Shown here: one piece after another, positions 27,237 to 37,721 of the stretch
Layout of the letters: every line of letters starts with the position of its first letter
Position numbering within the stretch: position 1 is the first letter of the stretch
Origin: an uncultured Pelagibacteraceae bacterium
GTDB lineage: Bacteria; Pseudomonadota; Alphaproteobacteria; Pelagibacterales; Pelagibacteraceae
Assembly: GCA_902576565.1 (NCBI GenBank)
Contig: CACGVK010000001.1
Coordinates: 305-64,304 of the forward strand
Direction of reading: 5' to 3'
DNA length: 64,000 nucleotides
Program-made: the position numbers and the translations under genes
Notes under the pieces: model-generated
Seen by the model: only the letters and a program-made list of their open reading frames with translations
The model's database searches: none
Told to the model about the DNA's origin: nothing

Positions 27237-28388
27237 ATGAAAAAAAATAAAAATAAAAAAAGAAAAATAAAAAAAATAAAGAAAAAAATACTTAAAAAAA
27301 AAACAATTAAAAAGAAAAAAAAAATATCAAAAAAAAAAAGAAAATTAGTTTTCTTAAATTCAGTAAATAAATCAAACTCAAAAAAGATAATTTTAAATAT
27401 TGTCAGATTCCAAGAAAAAATAAAATCAAAATTTTCATTTAAATTAGACTTTGACTTTTTTAAAATAGATAGGGCTATACAATCTTTTTTTCAAAAAATA
27501 GATACAAAATTTGAAGAATATAAAATTTTAAAAGCAGAGGAAAAAAGAAGAATTAAAATTGAAAAAATAGAAAAAGAAAAAAAAGAGAAAGAACAAATTG
27601 AAAAAAATAGAGTTCTTGAAGAAAAAAGAAAATTTAAATTAAAAAAACAACAGCTTAAATATGAAGAGAGATTAGAAAAAGAAAGAGCTAAAGACATAAA
27701 ATTGTTTTTAAGAAAAGAACAAGCAATTTTAAGAAAAGAACAATCAGAGAGACAAAAAAGATTTTTACAAGAGATTAAATTAGAACAACAAATTGAAAAA
27801 TTTAGAATTAGAGAAGTTAAAGAATTAGAGAAACTTGAGAAAATATCTCTAAAAGAACAACGTGAGGATTACGCAGGTCTTCAAGAGAGAATTGAAAAAT
27901 TAAAAGAAAAATACAGATTAATTAGAGACCAAAAAATAAGGGAGAGAGTTGAGTCTTTAGGCGTTAAGATACAAGAGGGAGATAATAGAGAAACTTTATT
28001 AGAAAAAGAGAGAAAATATTACTTAGCAAGACAAAAAATAGAATTAGCTTTGGAGAGTTTTTACAGAAGTGCTAATAGCTTGGTATTTCAGCTTAACAAA
28101 AGACATTTAACCCGACAAATGTCAATATTTAGATGTATTGATCGTAGATTCGAAAGTGGCGAAATTTTTATTAAATGGGACGAGTCATTAGATGATGATT
28201 GGTTGATATTAATATATATAAAAGATAATTCACCTGATGAAGGAATGGTTATTGAGGACAAAACAAATCCTGAAAAAAATTTATCTCATGAGTTTAAACC
28301 CAATGAAATATTTAAGGCATCTGACTTGATGGTAGACTCTCTAACTCAACTAGTTTCCAGAGAAAGATCTAAAGAAAAAGCTAATTAA
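27237..28388 (+). CDS. Hypothetical lysine-rich, coiled-coil protein
   Basis: 383-aa open frame with an extremely basic N-terminus, a long E/K/R helical middle and a globular C-terminal domain. Confidence 0.7.
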   Translation: MKKNKNKKRKIKKIKKKILKKKTIKKKKKISKKKRKLVFLNSVNKSNSKKIILNIVRFQEKIKSKFSFKLDFDFFKIDRAIQSFFQKIDTKFEEYKILKAEEKRRIKIEKIEKEKKEKEQIEKNRVLEEKRKFKLKKQQLKYEERLEKERAKDIKLFLRKEQAILRKEQSERQKRFLQEIKLEQQIEKFRIREVKELEKLEKISLKEQREDYAGLQERIEKLKEKYRLIRDQKIRERVESLGVKIQEGDNRETLLEKERKYYLARQKIELALESFYRSANSLVFQLNKRHLTRQMSIFRCIDRRFESGEIFIKWDESLDDDWLILIYIKDNSPDEGMVIEDKTNPEKNLSHEFKPNEIFKASDLMVDSLTQLVSRERSKEKAN

Positions 28389-28393
28389 AAAAA

Positions 28394-29818
28394 TTAGTCG
28401 CTTACATAAACTGAAACACCTCTATTATTTAAATCTACGTCAAATTTTTTATGTAATGGAGGAAATGCTCTTTGAGAACAATCTAGTCTATCGCAAGTTC
28501 TGCAGGATACACCAATAGGTATTTCAGTTTTTTTATCATTTAGATCAACGTTTTCTGTATAAACAAATTCTTTTGCATACTTAGCTTCACAACCAAGACC
28601 AATTGATAACATACTTTTTTTTTGCCCATGCCTACCAACACCTTTTTCTACCGTTCTTGCTATACATACATATTTTTCTCCATTGGTCATCTTACTAACA
28701 GCCGCTTGAATTACTCCTGGTCTCGAGAAAGCAGAGTAAACATTCCATCTTGGACAAGCTCCACCATATCTTGGTATTTCGATTCCAGACAATGAAAATC
28801 TTTTTGAAATATTACCAGCAACATCAACTCTTAAAAAATGAAAAGGTATCCCAGGAAGCTTTGGATCTTGAAGACATGTAACTCTATGCGCTACCTGTTC
28901 AAATGATGTTGCGAAGGTATTTTGCAAAAGTTCTAGATCATATTTTAAATCTTTACATTCTTTATGAAATAATTTGTACGGCATTAGAATTGCTGCACCA
29001 CAGTAATTAAGTAAGGCAATTCTTGTTAATTTTTTAGACTCTTCTGAGGGAAAATTGAATGTAGACAATATTTCTTCAATTTCTTTAAAAGCTCCTTCCT
29101 GGGCAATTTGTGCAGCTGCATGTAATTTTTTTGTTTCTAAGGATAAATAGTCTGATAACATCAATTCTTTATTTTTATTGTTAAATATTTTTGAAAAAGG
29201 TTTGTCTTGTTCTGGAATTATATCTTTTACAGTAATTCCATATTCTGATTTTAGGAAATCGCATAGAGCGATATATCTTGTCCTATTATTTTGTTTTACC
29301 TTATCAAAAATATTATTTGCAAACTCTTCAAGTTTTGGAAAATAGTTTTTATTATCTTGAAGAAAGTCTGATATTACTTCACCGGGAAAAGAATTTTTTC
29401 TATTATCAACTATTTTTCCAGAAAACTTTTCTATTTGATTAACTAGTTCATGGTCTTTCTTTTTGAAATTATCACCCAATTTAATTAGCGCTCTTGCAAT
29501 TTTAGGGTTTGTATTTACCAAATCCTGCACCTCTGGTCCTAAGATATCTAAATCTTCGAATAACTTATCATCTAATAGCTCTGAAATATTTCCCACTAAG
29601 TTTAGATCTGATTTTTTTGTAAGATCTGAGACCTCAATCTTTAATTCTTGACAAATTTTTAGTAGTAAATCAGCATCAATTTTTCTTTTTCCACCCTCTA
29701 TTAGAGTTAAATAACTTGGAGAAATATTTAATTTTTCAGCTAATTTATTGGCCTGCAAACCTGACTGTCTTCTAAAAGCTTTAATTTTAGGCCCTATTTT
29801 TAAATCAATTTGACTCAT
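28394..29818 (-). CDS. XRE-family short-chain fatty acyl-CoA regulator (ScfR/RamB/PrpR family)
   Basis: N-terminal HTH (ISPSYL.LIE.GKR), SFEQVAHR, RVD.AGNISKR, GGACPRWNV and C-terminal C..C.R.DC.QRAFP. Confidence 0.92.
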   Translation of the reverse strand: MSQIDLKIGPKIKAFRRQSGLQANKLAEKLNISPSYLTLIEGGKRKIDADLLLKICQELKIEVSDLTKKSDLNLVGNISELLDDKLFEDLDILGPEVQDLVNTNPKIARALIKLGDNFKKKDHELVNQIEKFSGKIVDNRKNSFPGEVISDFLQDNKNYFPKLEEFANNIFDKVKQNNRTRYIALCDFLKSEYGITVKDIIPEQDKPFSKIFNNKNKELMLSDYLSLETKKLHAAAQIAQEGAFKEIEEILSTFNFPSEESKKLTRIALLNYCGAAILMPYKLFHKECKDLKYDLELLQNTFATSFEQVAHRVTCLQDPKLPGIPFHFLRVDVAGNISKRFSLSGIEIPRYGGACPRWNVYSAFSRPGVIQAAVSKMTNGEKYVCIARTVEKGVGRHGQKKSMLSIGLGCEAKYAKEFVYTENVDLNDKKTEIPIGVSCRTCDRLDCSQRAFPPLHKKFDVDLNNRGVSVYVSD

Positions 29819-29828
29819 AATTTACTAA

Positions 29829-29931
29829 TTGTAAATTTTGTAAATTTTATTTTACAAAATATTTATAGCATTTACTGGCATTATTAATTTTTTTGTGGAT
29901 TTTGTCAATATTGTAAATTATAAAATTTACA
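29829..29931. promoter_or_regulatory. Putative ScfR/RamB operator sites in the divergent promoter
   Basis: Inverted repeats ATTTTGTAAA-N6-TTTACAAAAT (29835-29860) and TGTAAATT-N4-AATTTACA (29912-29931). The half-sites resemble the TTTGCAAA boxes of RamB/PrpR/PccR. Confidence 0.55.
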
Positions 29932-30092
29932 TGGACAAAAACAAAAACAACACTGAAAACAGCTCATACATAACAAGCGATCAAGAGCTTCAAGAGCATA
30001 AATCTAGAGGAATATATCTAAGAGATGATCATTGTGATTGGGGATCAAGCGGAATGAATGAGTTTACAAAAGAATACAGTGATAAAGATTAA
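29931..30092 (+). CDS. Small hypothetical protein (53 aa) upstream of aceA
   Basis: Open frame from the ATG at 29931 with purine-rich, coding-like composition, filling the gap before aceA. Confidence 0.5.
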   Translation: MDKNKNNTENSSYITSDQELQEHKSRGIYLRDDHCDWGSSGMNEFTKEYSDKD

Positions 30093-30133
30093 TTTCTGTC
30101 CTAATTTTTAACTCTTAAATATTTATAAAGTTT

Positions 30134-31411
30134 ATGACTGCAAAACCTAAAGTTAACTACGACTTAAAAAGATTTGCAGGGATAAAGAGAGATTATACCC
30201 CTGAAGAAGTTGAAAGACTTAAAGGGTCAATTAAAATCGAATATTCTATGTGCAAACATCAATCCGAAAAATTGTGGAAACTTTTGAATACTGAACCTTA
30301 CGTTAACACCCTTGGTTCATTATCTGGAAATCATGCAGTTCAACATGCTAAAGCTGGATTAAAAGCAATTTATCTAAGTGGGTGGCAAGTAGCTGCAGAT
30401 GCTAATAGTGCAGGAGAAATGTATCCTGATCAGTCCTTATATCCTTTTGATAGCGCTCCGAAATTAGTAGATTCAATGAATAATGCATTAATTAGAGCTG
30501 ACCAAATTCAACATATGGAAATCAATGATGGAGACATGCAGCCTTCAAATAAAATAGACTACATGTTGCCTATAATTGCTGATGGTGAAGCAGGCTTTGG
30601 CGGACCATTAAATGTTTTCGAATTGACAAAGAAATTTATTAAAGCTGGAGCAGCAGGAGTGCATTTTGAGGATCAATTAGCAAGTGAAAAAAAATGTGGC
30701 CACATGGGAGGAAAAGTATTAGTTCCCACAGGCACTATGATTAAAAATTTAAAAGCCGCAAGATTAGCAGCAGATATAGCTGACGTTCCATTAATTATTT
30801 TGGCAAGAACTGATGCTAATGCCGCAAAGCTAATCACAAATGATTATGATGAAAATGATAAACCTTTTTTAACTGGCGAAAGATCTCCCGAGGGATTTTT
30901 CTACGTTAAACATGGGATTGAACAAGCAATTTCTAGAGGCCTTGCTTATGCACCGTATAGTGACCTTATCTGGTGCGAAACTGCAAAACCAAATTTAGAG
31001 GAAGCTAAAAAGTTTGCAGATGCAATTCATTCAAAATTTCCTGGAAAAATACTTGCATATAATTGCTCACCTTCATTTAATTGGAAAAAACATTTATCAG
31101 ATGAAGAAATAGCTTCTTTTCAAGTTAAGATAAGTGAAATGGGATATAAATTTCAATTTATTACATTAGCTGGTTTTCATACTCAAAATCTTGCAATTTT
31201 CGAATTAGCTGAACAATACAAATCAAATGGCATGACTGCTTACTCAAAGATACAACAACAAGAATTTGCAAGAGAAAAAGATGGTTATACTAGCGTTAAA
31301 CATCAAAGAGAAGTTGGAACTTCTTATTTTGATGCAGTATCAAATACTATTAGTTCTGGCAAAAGTTCTACTACTGCTATGGAAGGTTCAACAGAATCAG
31401 AACAATTTTAA
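30134..31411 (+). CDS. aceA: Isocitrate lyase
   Basis: [44 protein letters not shown] and STESEQF. Confidence 0.98.
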   Translation: MTAKPKVNYDLKRFAGIKRDYTPEEVERLKGSIKIEYSMCKHQSEKLWKLLNTEPYVNTLGSLSGNHAVQHAKAGLKAIYLSGWQVAADANSAGEMYPDQSLYPFDSAPKLVDSMNNALIRADQIQHMEINDGDMQPSNKIDYMLPIIADGEAGFGGPLNVFELTKKFIKAGAAGVHFEDQLASEKKCGHMGGKVLVPTGTMIKNLKAARLAADIADVPLIILARTDANAAKLITNDYDENDKPFLTGERSPEGFFYVKHGIEQAISRGLAYAPYSDLIWCETAKPNLEEAKKFADAIHSKFPGKILAYNCSPSFNWKKHLSDEEIASFQVKISEMGYKFQFITLAGFHTQNLAIFELAEQYKSNGMTAYSKIQQQEFAREKDGYTSVKHQREVGTSYFDAVSNTISSGKSSTTAMEGSTESEQF

Positions 31412-31422
31412 ATATTTTTCCA

Positions 31423-31722
31423 ATGTTTACTTCAGCGCTGTTGTTAACAATTACTTTTATTTTATTTAAGTATGTAATTGCATGGATTAACTATTTTAAC
31501 CAAATCGATCCAAGAATGCCAAATTCCCTTTGGAGATATACTGATGACTACAGAGTAAAAGATAGAAAAGATCTATATGATTTAGATGATAAGCCTTTTG
31601 TTAGATTAAGAAATAAAAGGGATAGCGCAGTGACTATAATGTATTTTATTGTTATTCTTGCTTTTGTATTTTCAATTTATTTAATTACAGGTTTAGTTGA
31701 TATAATTTTAGCTCGCTTTTAA
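31423..31722 (+). CDS. Hypothetical membrane protein
   Basis: 99 aa with two hydrophobic segments, immediately after aceA. Confidence 0.6.
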   Translation: MFTSALLLTITFILFKYVIAWINYFNQIDPRMPNSLWRYTDDYRVKDRKDLYDLDDKPFVRLRNKRDSAVTIMYFIVILAFVFSIYLITGLVDIILARF

Positions 31723-32436
31723 TTTTTGGATTTGATCCCAGGCAGAGTTTATAGATCTCATTTTTTTTTTGCTTTCCTCAATAACTTCCTCCGGCACACC
31801 CTTGCTTATTAGTAAATCTGGGTGATGTTCTTTACTGAGTTTTAAGTATTTTTTTCTGATATTTTGTAAACTATCATCAGGATTACAGCCCAAAACAATA
31901 TAAGGATTTAACTTATCTGAACTTTTTCTACTCTCTTTTATAGAATTAAATTGTGTATTATTAAGCCCAAATATTTCAGCTATATGTTGAATCATGTTCA
32001 TTTCTGACTGACTAATATTTCCATCAGCTTCAGCAATGTAAAATAAAATATTAATTACTTCTTCTAGTACATTTGGATTACTTTTGTAAATTTGTGATAC
32101 TTGTTGAGCATAAGGTTCGTAACCTGTACTTTCTTCTTTTGCTTTATTAAATATTTTTCCTACTTGTTCAATTTCATTATCTGGAATTTTTAATTTATCT
32201 CTAACAGCAATTAATTCTTCCTTGCTCACTTGACCATCGGCTTTACTAAGTTTTGCTGATAAAACTATTAATGACAGAGCAAAGATCTGCTGAGGTTGAG
32301 CAAAAGATCCAAAACCTGAACTTCTAGATCTTGCTCTTGAAATTTTTCCACCTATTAGTGATCCTAGTAACATTCCAAAAGGTCCACCAAAAGAAAAACC
32401 AATCATCCCTCCTATCAAGCTTCCCCAAATTGACAT
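31708..32436 (-). CDS. djlA: DjlA-like co-chaperone (TerB + J domain)
   Basis: MSIWG..IGG..GF..GGP.G, AKLSKADG, IAEADG and PY.VLG..HHPD. Confidence 0.85.
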   Translation of the reverse strand: MSIWGSLIGGMIGFSFGGPFGMLLGSLIGGKISRARSRSSGFGSFAQPQQIFALSLIVLSAKLSKADGQVSKEELIAVRDKLKIPDNEIEQVGKIFNKAKEESTGYEPYAQQVSQIYKSNPNVLEEVINILFYIAEADGNISQSEMNMIQHIAEIFGLNNTQFNSIKESRKSSDKLNPYIVLGCNPDDSLQNIRKKYLKLSKEHHPDLLISKGVPEEVIEESKKKMRSINSAWDQIQKLKAS

Positions 32437-32440
32437 AATT

Positions 32441-33124
32441 TTATTTCCTGTAATTATTTAAAATATACTCCCATTTACCCATTCTCTCATAAGAAATTTT
32501 AACTAAAAGTTTTTTTTCTGGATCTAGCCAAATTTCAAAATCTAATTTTTTGTCCTCAGGTAAATTTTGGTTTTTTGATTTTAATCGATACTTTAATGTT
32601 TCATAAGATTTATCATCTATAAAAATCGTTTCACTTCCTATTAATTTTACAACTTGTTCTTTTATACTTCCTGAAAGCGGACTTATTTGACTATTAACTG
32701 ATAATATATTTATATTCCACCAGTTCCCAATCACTTTATCAGTATCAGTTTCTCCTTTAAAAGAAGATCCATCAATAATAAATTTGTTAGTATTTTCGTT
32801 AAGCTTTAATTTTACAAATTTTTTTTTTTTATTTTGAATTGTTTTTGAATTAAAATAATACAATTTATTTTTTTTATATTTTTCAATGGAATTGCTCTTT
32901 ATTGATAATAAATTTACACCAAGTAATTTAACTTCAAATTCTGTCTTATTTTTAACTTCCATTTCATCGTTTTCATACTTAAAAATATAATTACTAAAGC
33001 CTATTTTTTCACCATTTCTTAAAACATCCATCTCAATTTTTGATATAGACTTGTAATTATTAGTATCCGCAAAAGCATTTGAACTAACTAAAAGAATTAT
33101 AAATAAATAAAAATATTTTTTCAT
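32441..33124 (-). CDS. Secreted hypothetical protein (DUF6134-like)
   Basis: Signal peptide; V.RNGEKIG, NWWN and FEIWLD beta-rich pattern. Confidence 0.65.
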   Translation of the reverse strand: MKKYFYLFIILLVSSNAFADTNNYKSISKIEMDVLRNGEKIGFSNYIFKYENDEMEVKNKTEFEVKLLGVNLLSIKSNSIEKYKKNKLYYFNSKTIQNKKKKFVKLKLNENTNKFIIDGSSFKGETDTDKVIGNWWNINILSVNSQISPLSGSIKEQVVKLIGSETIFIDDKSYETLKYRLKSKNQNLPEDKKLDFEIWLDPEKKLLVKISYERMGKWEYILNNYRK

Positions 33125-33169
33125 TTTATTGGAATTTATCTCACGAAAGTATAAATAATACTTAAATTT

Positions 33170-33838
33170 ATGTTTTTAACTATAAAAAAAATACCTAAAA
33201 CTTCATGGAGTTCTAAGAAACCATTCAATTTAAAGCCCAAATTTTCTACATTATTATATTTATGCTTTGGCTTGACATTGTTTGGTTTAGGGGAGGGACT
33301 TTTGTTAGTTTCATTAACAGGAGCTTCTCCATGGAGTGTTCTTGCAATGGGTATTTCATTACATGTAGATTTATCAATTGGAACAATTACTTTTTTTATA
33401 AGCTTAGGAGTTCTACTATTGTGGATACCTTTAAATCAAAAGCCTGGAATTGGAACAATACTAAATGCATTAATCATTGCTATAATGATAGATCTTTGTA
33501 TTAAATTTGTTCCATCACCAGAAAATTATATTTCACAATTATTACTAGCAATAGTTGCCGTATTAACAGTTGGCTTGGGAGGTGGCATTTATTTAGTGGC
33601 TAATTTAGGATCTGGTCCAAGAGATGGCTTAATGGTTGGTTTACAAATTAAATCAAATTTACCAATCGCTGCTGTAAGAGCATTTCTTGAAATTTCTGTA
33701 GTAACAATTGGTTGGTATTTAGGTGGAATAGTTGGAATTGGAACTTTGTTATTTGCTTTTGGAATTGGTCCCGCAGTTGCCTTTGGACTTTTTTTGACAG
33801 ATAAAATTTTTAATTTAAATAAAAAAAAAGGGCAGTAA
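33170..33838 (+). CDS. YczE/YitT-family membrane protein
   Basis: GASPWSVL..G, PGIGTILN, LG.GPRDGLM and GIGTLLFA. Confidence 0.85.
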   Translation: MFLTIKKIPKTSWSSKKPFNLKPKFSTLLYLCFGLTLFGLGEGLLLVSLTGASPWSVLAMGISLHVDLSIGTITFFISLGVLLLWIPLNQKPGIGTILNALIIAIMIDLCIKFVPSPENYISQLLLAIVAVLTVGLGGGIYLVANLGSGPRDGLMVGLQIKSNLPIAAVRAFLEISVVTIGWYLGGIVGIGTLLFAFGIGPAVAFGLFLTDKIFNLNKKKGQ

Positions 33839-33852
33839 AAACTGCCCTTTTT
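33824..33852. terminator. Bidirectional rho-independent terminator (groEL / yczE)
   Basis: A-tract, GGGCAGT-AAAA-ACTGCCC, T-tract. Confidence 0.88.
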
Positions 33853-33878
33853 GAATTTTTGTTTGAGTATAATGGGGA

Positions 33879-35546
<1,668 letters not shown>

Positions 35547-35558
35547 TTAATATTAATA

Positions 35559-35852
35559 TTATTTTTTACTTGAAATACCCATAATGTCTGACTCTTTCAT
35601 TATGCTATATTCCTTACCATCAATTTTTACTTCAGTCCCTGACCATTTGCCGAATAAAACTTTGTCTCCAACTTTAACATCCATTGGTATGATTTTTCCA
35701 TCCTCAGTTTTAGCTCCACCACCTACTGCAACCACTTTTCCTTCTTGCGGTTTTTCTTGAGCAGTATCAGGTATGATTATTCCTCCAGCTGTTTTTTCGC
35801 TGCTATCTAGAACCTCTATTAAAACTCTGTCATGTAACGGTTTAAATTTCAT
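35559..35852 (-). CDS. groS: Co-chaperonin GroES
   Basis: [22 protein letters not shown] and [10 protein letters not shown]. Confidence 0.99.
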   Translation of the reverse strand: MKFKPLHDRVLIEVLDSSEKTAGGIIIPDTAQEKPQEGKVVAVGGGAKTEDGKIIPMDVKVGDKVLFGKWSGTEVKIDGKEYSIMKESDIMGISSKK

Positions 35853-35876
35853 AAAAACTCCTTAAATATTGGAAAG

Positions 35877-35905
35877 ATATAGATATATGAGGCTCTTATT
35901 TCAAG
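35877..35905 (-). promoter_or_regulatory. RpoH-type promoter for groESL
   Basis: CTTGAA-N17-CTATAT on the minus strand; no CIRCE element present. Confidence 0.7.
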
Positions 35906-35964
35906 ACATTCGAATAAATATATCAATGTAAAAAACTCAAGAATTTAATGCATTTTTGAGCTAT

Positions 35965-36792
35965 ATGTCCCAAATGAACTTAAATTTAGATATAAAAGGC
36001 TTTAGATCTATAACAAGCAGCTTTGATCTTTTCTTTATAGATATTTGGGGCGTTATTCATAACGGTATTTCAATTTTTCAGGAGTCATTGAATGTTCTTA
36101 ATGAGCTAGAGAAGTTAAATAAAGAATATATTTTATTAACAAATGCTCCGAGACCAAATTCGACTGTTAAAAATTTTTTAATTAAAATGGGATTAGAAAA
36201 AATGAAAACAGATAAAGTTTACACATCTGGAGAAGCAGCACTTCAAAATTTAAATTTAAAATGGAAAAATAAAAAATTTTTTCATATAGGACCTCCCAGA
36301 GATTTTGATTTGTTCAAACTATTTGAAAAAAATAAAGTAAAAAATATTGCTGATGCTGATTTTTTATTATGTACTGGTCTTTTTGATGAGCATGATGATC
36401 AATTAGATTATTATAAATCATTATTAAAAAACAAGACTAACGTAAAAATGATTTGTACAAATCCCGACCTAGTTGTAGATAGAGGAGAGGTAAGAGAATT
36501 TTGTGCAGGATCTATAGCAAAAATTTTTGAAGAATTAGGAGGTTTAGTAGATTATTTTGGAAAACCGTATCCGCTAGTTTATAGTCAATCAACGAATATA
36601 AATAATAAAAAAATTTTATGTATAGGCGATAATCTTAATACAGATATTCGTGGAGCAAATATGCAAAATTTTAGTTCATTGTTAATTTTAAATGGAATTC
36701 ATAAAAAAGAATTTCATAATTCAAATATAGAAAGTTTAATAAAAAAATATAATGTAAAAGTTGACTATATACAAACAACATTCAAATGGTAA
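35965..36792 (+). CDS. HAD-superfamily subfamily IIA hydrolase (TIGR01459-like)
   Basis: DIWGVIHNG, LTNAPR, CTNPD, GKP and IGDNL.TDI.GA; start uncertain (35956-35974). Confidence 0.9.
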   Translation: MSQMNLNLDIKGFRSITSSFDLFFIDIWGVIHNGISIFQESLNVLNELEKLNKEYILLTNAPRPNSTVKNFLIKMGLEKMKTDKVYTSGEAALQNLNLKWKNKKFFHIGPPRDFDLFKLFEKNKVKNIADADFLLCTGLFDEHDDQLDYYKSLLKNKTNVKMICTNPDLVVDRGEVREFCAGSIAKIFEELGGLVDYFGKPYPLVYSQSTNINNKKILCIGDNLNTDIRGANMQNFSSLLILNGIHKKEFHNSNIESLIKKYNVKVDYIQTTFKW

Positions 36793-37715
36793 ATAAAATT
36801 GAAATATTTAATTCATTTAAAGTAGATTATAAATTCAAGGGATCTATAATTTTAATTGGTAATTTTGATGGTCTTCATTTGGGACATCAAAAATTATTTA
36901 ATCAAGCAAAAAAATATAAAAATAAATATAAAACGAAAATCGGTGTAATTACTTTTGATCCAATTCCAAAAATGTTTTTTAATACAGATTTAAAAAACTA
37001 CAGAATATCAAATTTAAATCAAAAAATAAAATTTTTAAAAAAATTTAATGTTGATTTTATAATTAATAAGAGGTTTGACAGAAAATTTTCAAAAATAAAA
37101 AGTTATCAATTCATCAAAAAAATTTTATCCCAAAAACTTCAAGCAAAATATATTTTTGTAAGTAATAATTTTAGATTTGGTAACAAAAGAGAGGGAAATG
37201 TTAAACTTTTAAAAAACATGTCTAGTAAATATAATTATAAAATTATTAATCCAACACCTTTAAAATCAAAAAAAAAAGTTATTTCATCAACCCTTATTAG
37301 GAAATTATTGCAGGATGGAAAAATTAAAGAAGCAAACAAACATCTTAATAGACCATGGTCAATTGAAGGCAAAGTTCAAAAAGGAAGAATGATGGGTAAG
37401 AAAATTGGATTTCCAACATGCAACATAGATATATCAAATTATGTTATCGCCAAACCCGGTGTATATGCAGTTCGTGTTAATCGCCTAGGAACAAAAAATA
37501 AACTAAAAGGTATCGCAAATTTAGGTTACAGACCTACTTTTAATCAAAAAAAGATTCTTTTAGAAGTAAATATATTTAATTTTACTGGAAATCTTTATAA
37601 TAAGAATTTATCAGTTGAGTTTATAAAATTTATAAGAGGTGAAAAAAAATTTAAAGGAATTGATCAACTTAAAAATCAAATTAAGAAGGATTTATTGAAA
37701 GCAAAAAAAATTTAA
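36786..37715 (+). CDS. ribF: Bifunctional riboflavin kinase / FAD synthetase
   Basis: IGNFDGLHLGHQ, ISSTLIR, GFPT.N, GVYAV and G.RPTF. Confidence 0.96.
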   Translation: MVNKIEIFNSFKVDYKFKGSIILIGNFDGLHLGHQKLFNQAKKYKNKYKTKIGVITFDPIPKMFFNTDLKNYRISNLNQKIKFLKKFNVDFIINKRFDRKFSKIKSYQFIKKILSQKLQAKYIFVSNNFRFGNKREGNVKLLKNMSSKYNYKIINPTPLKSKKKVISSTLIRKLLQDGKIKEANKHLNRPWSIEGKVQKGRMMGKKIGFPTCNIDISNYVIAKPGVYAVRVNRLGTKNKLKGIANLGYRPTFNQKKILLEVNIFNFTGNLYNKNLSVEFIKFIRGEKKFKGIDQLKNQIKKDLLKAKKI

Positions 37716-37721
37716 AAAAAT

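Noticed and set aside
35853-35955. CIRCE/HrcA operator before groES
   Set aside because: No such inverted repeat is present; only an RpoH-type promoter is visible.
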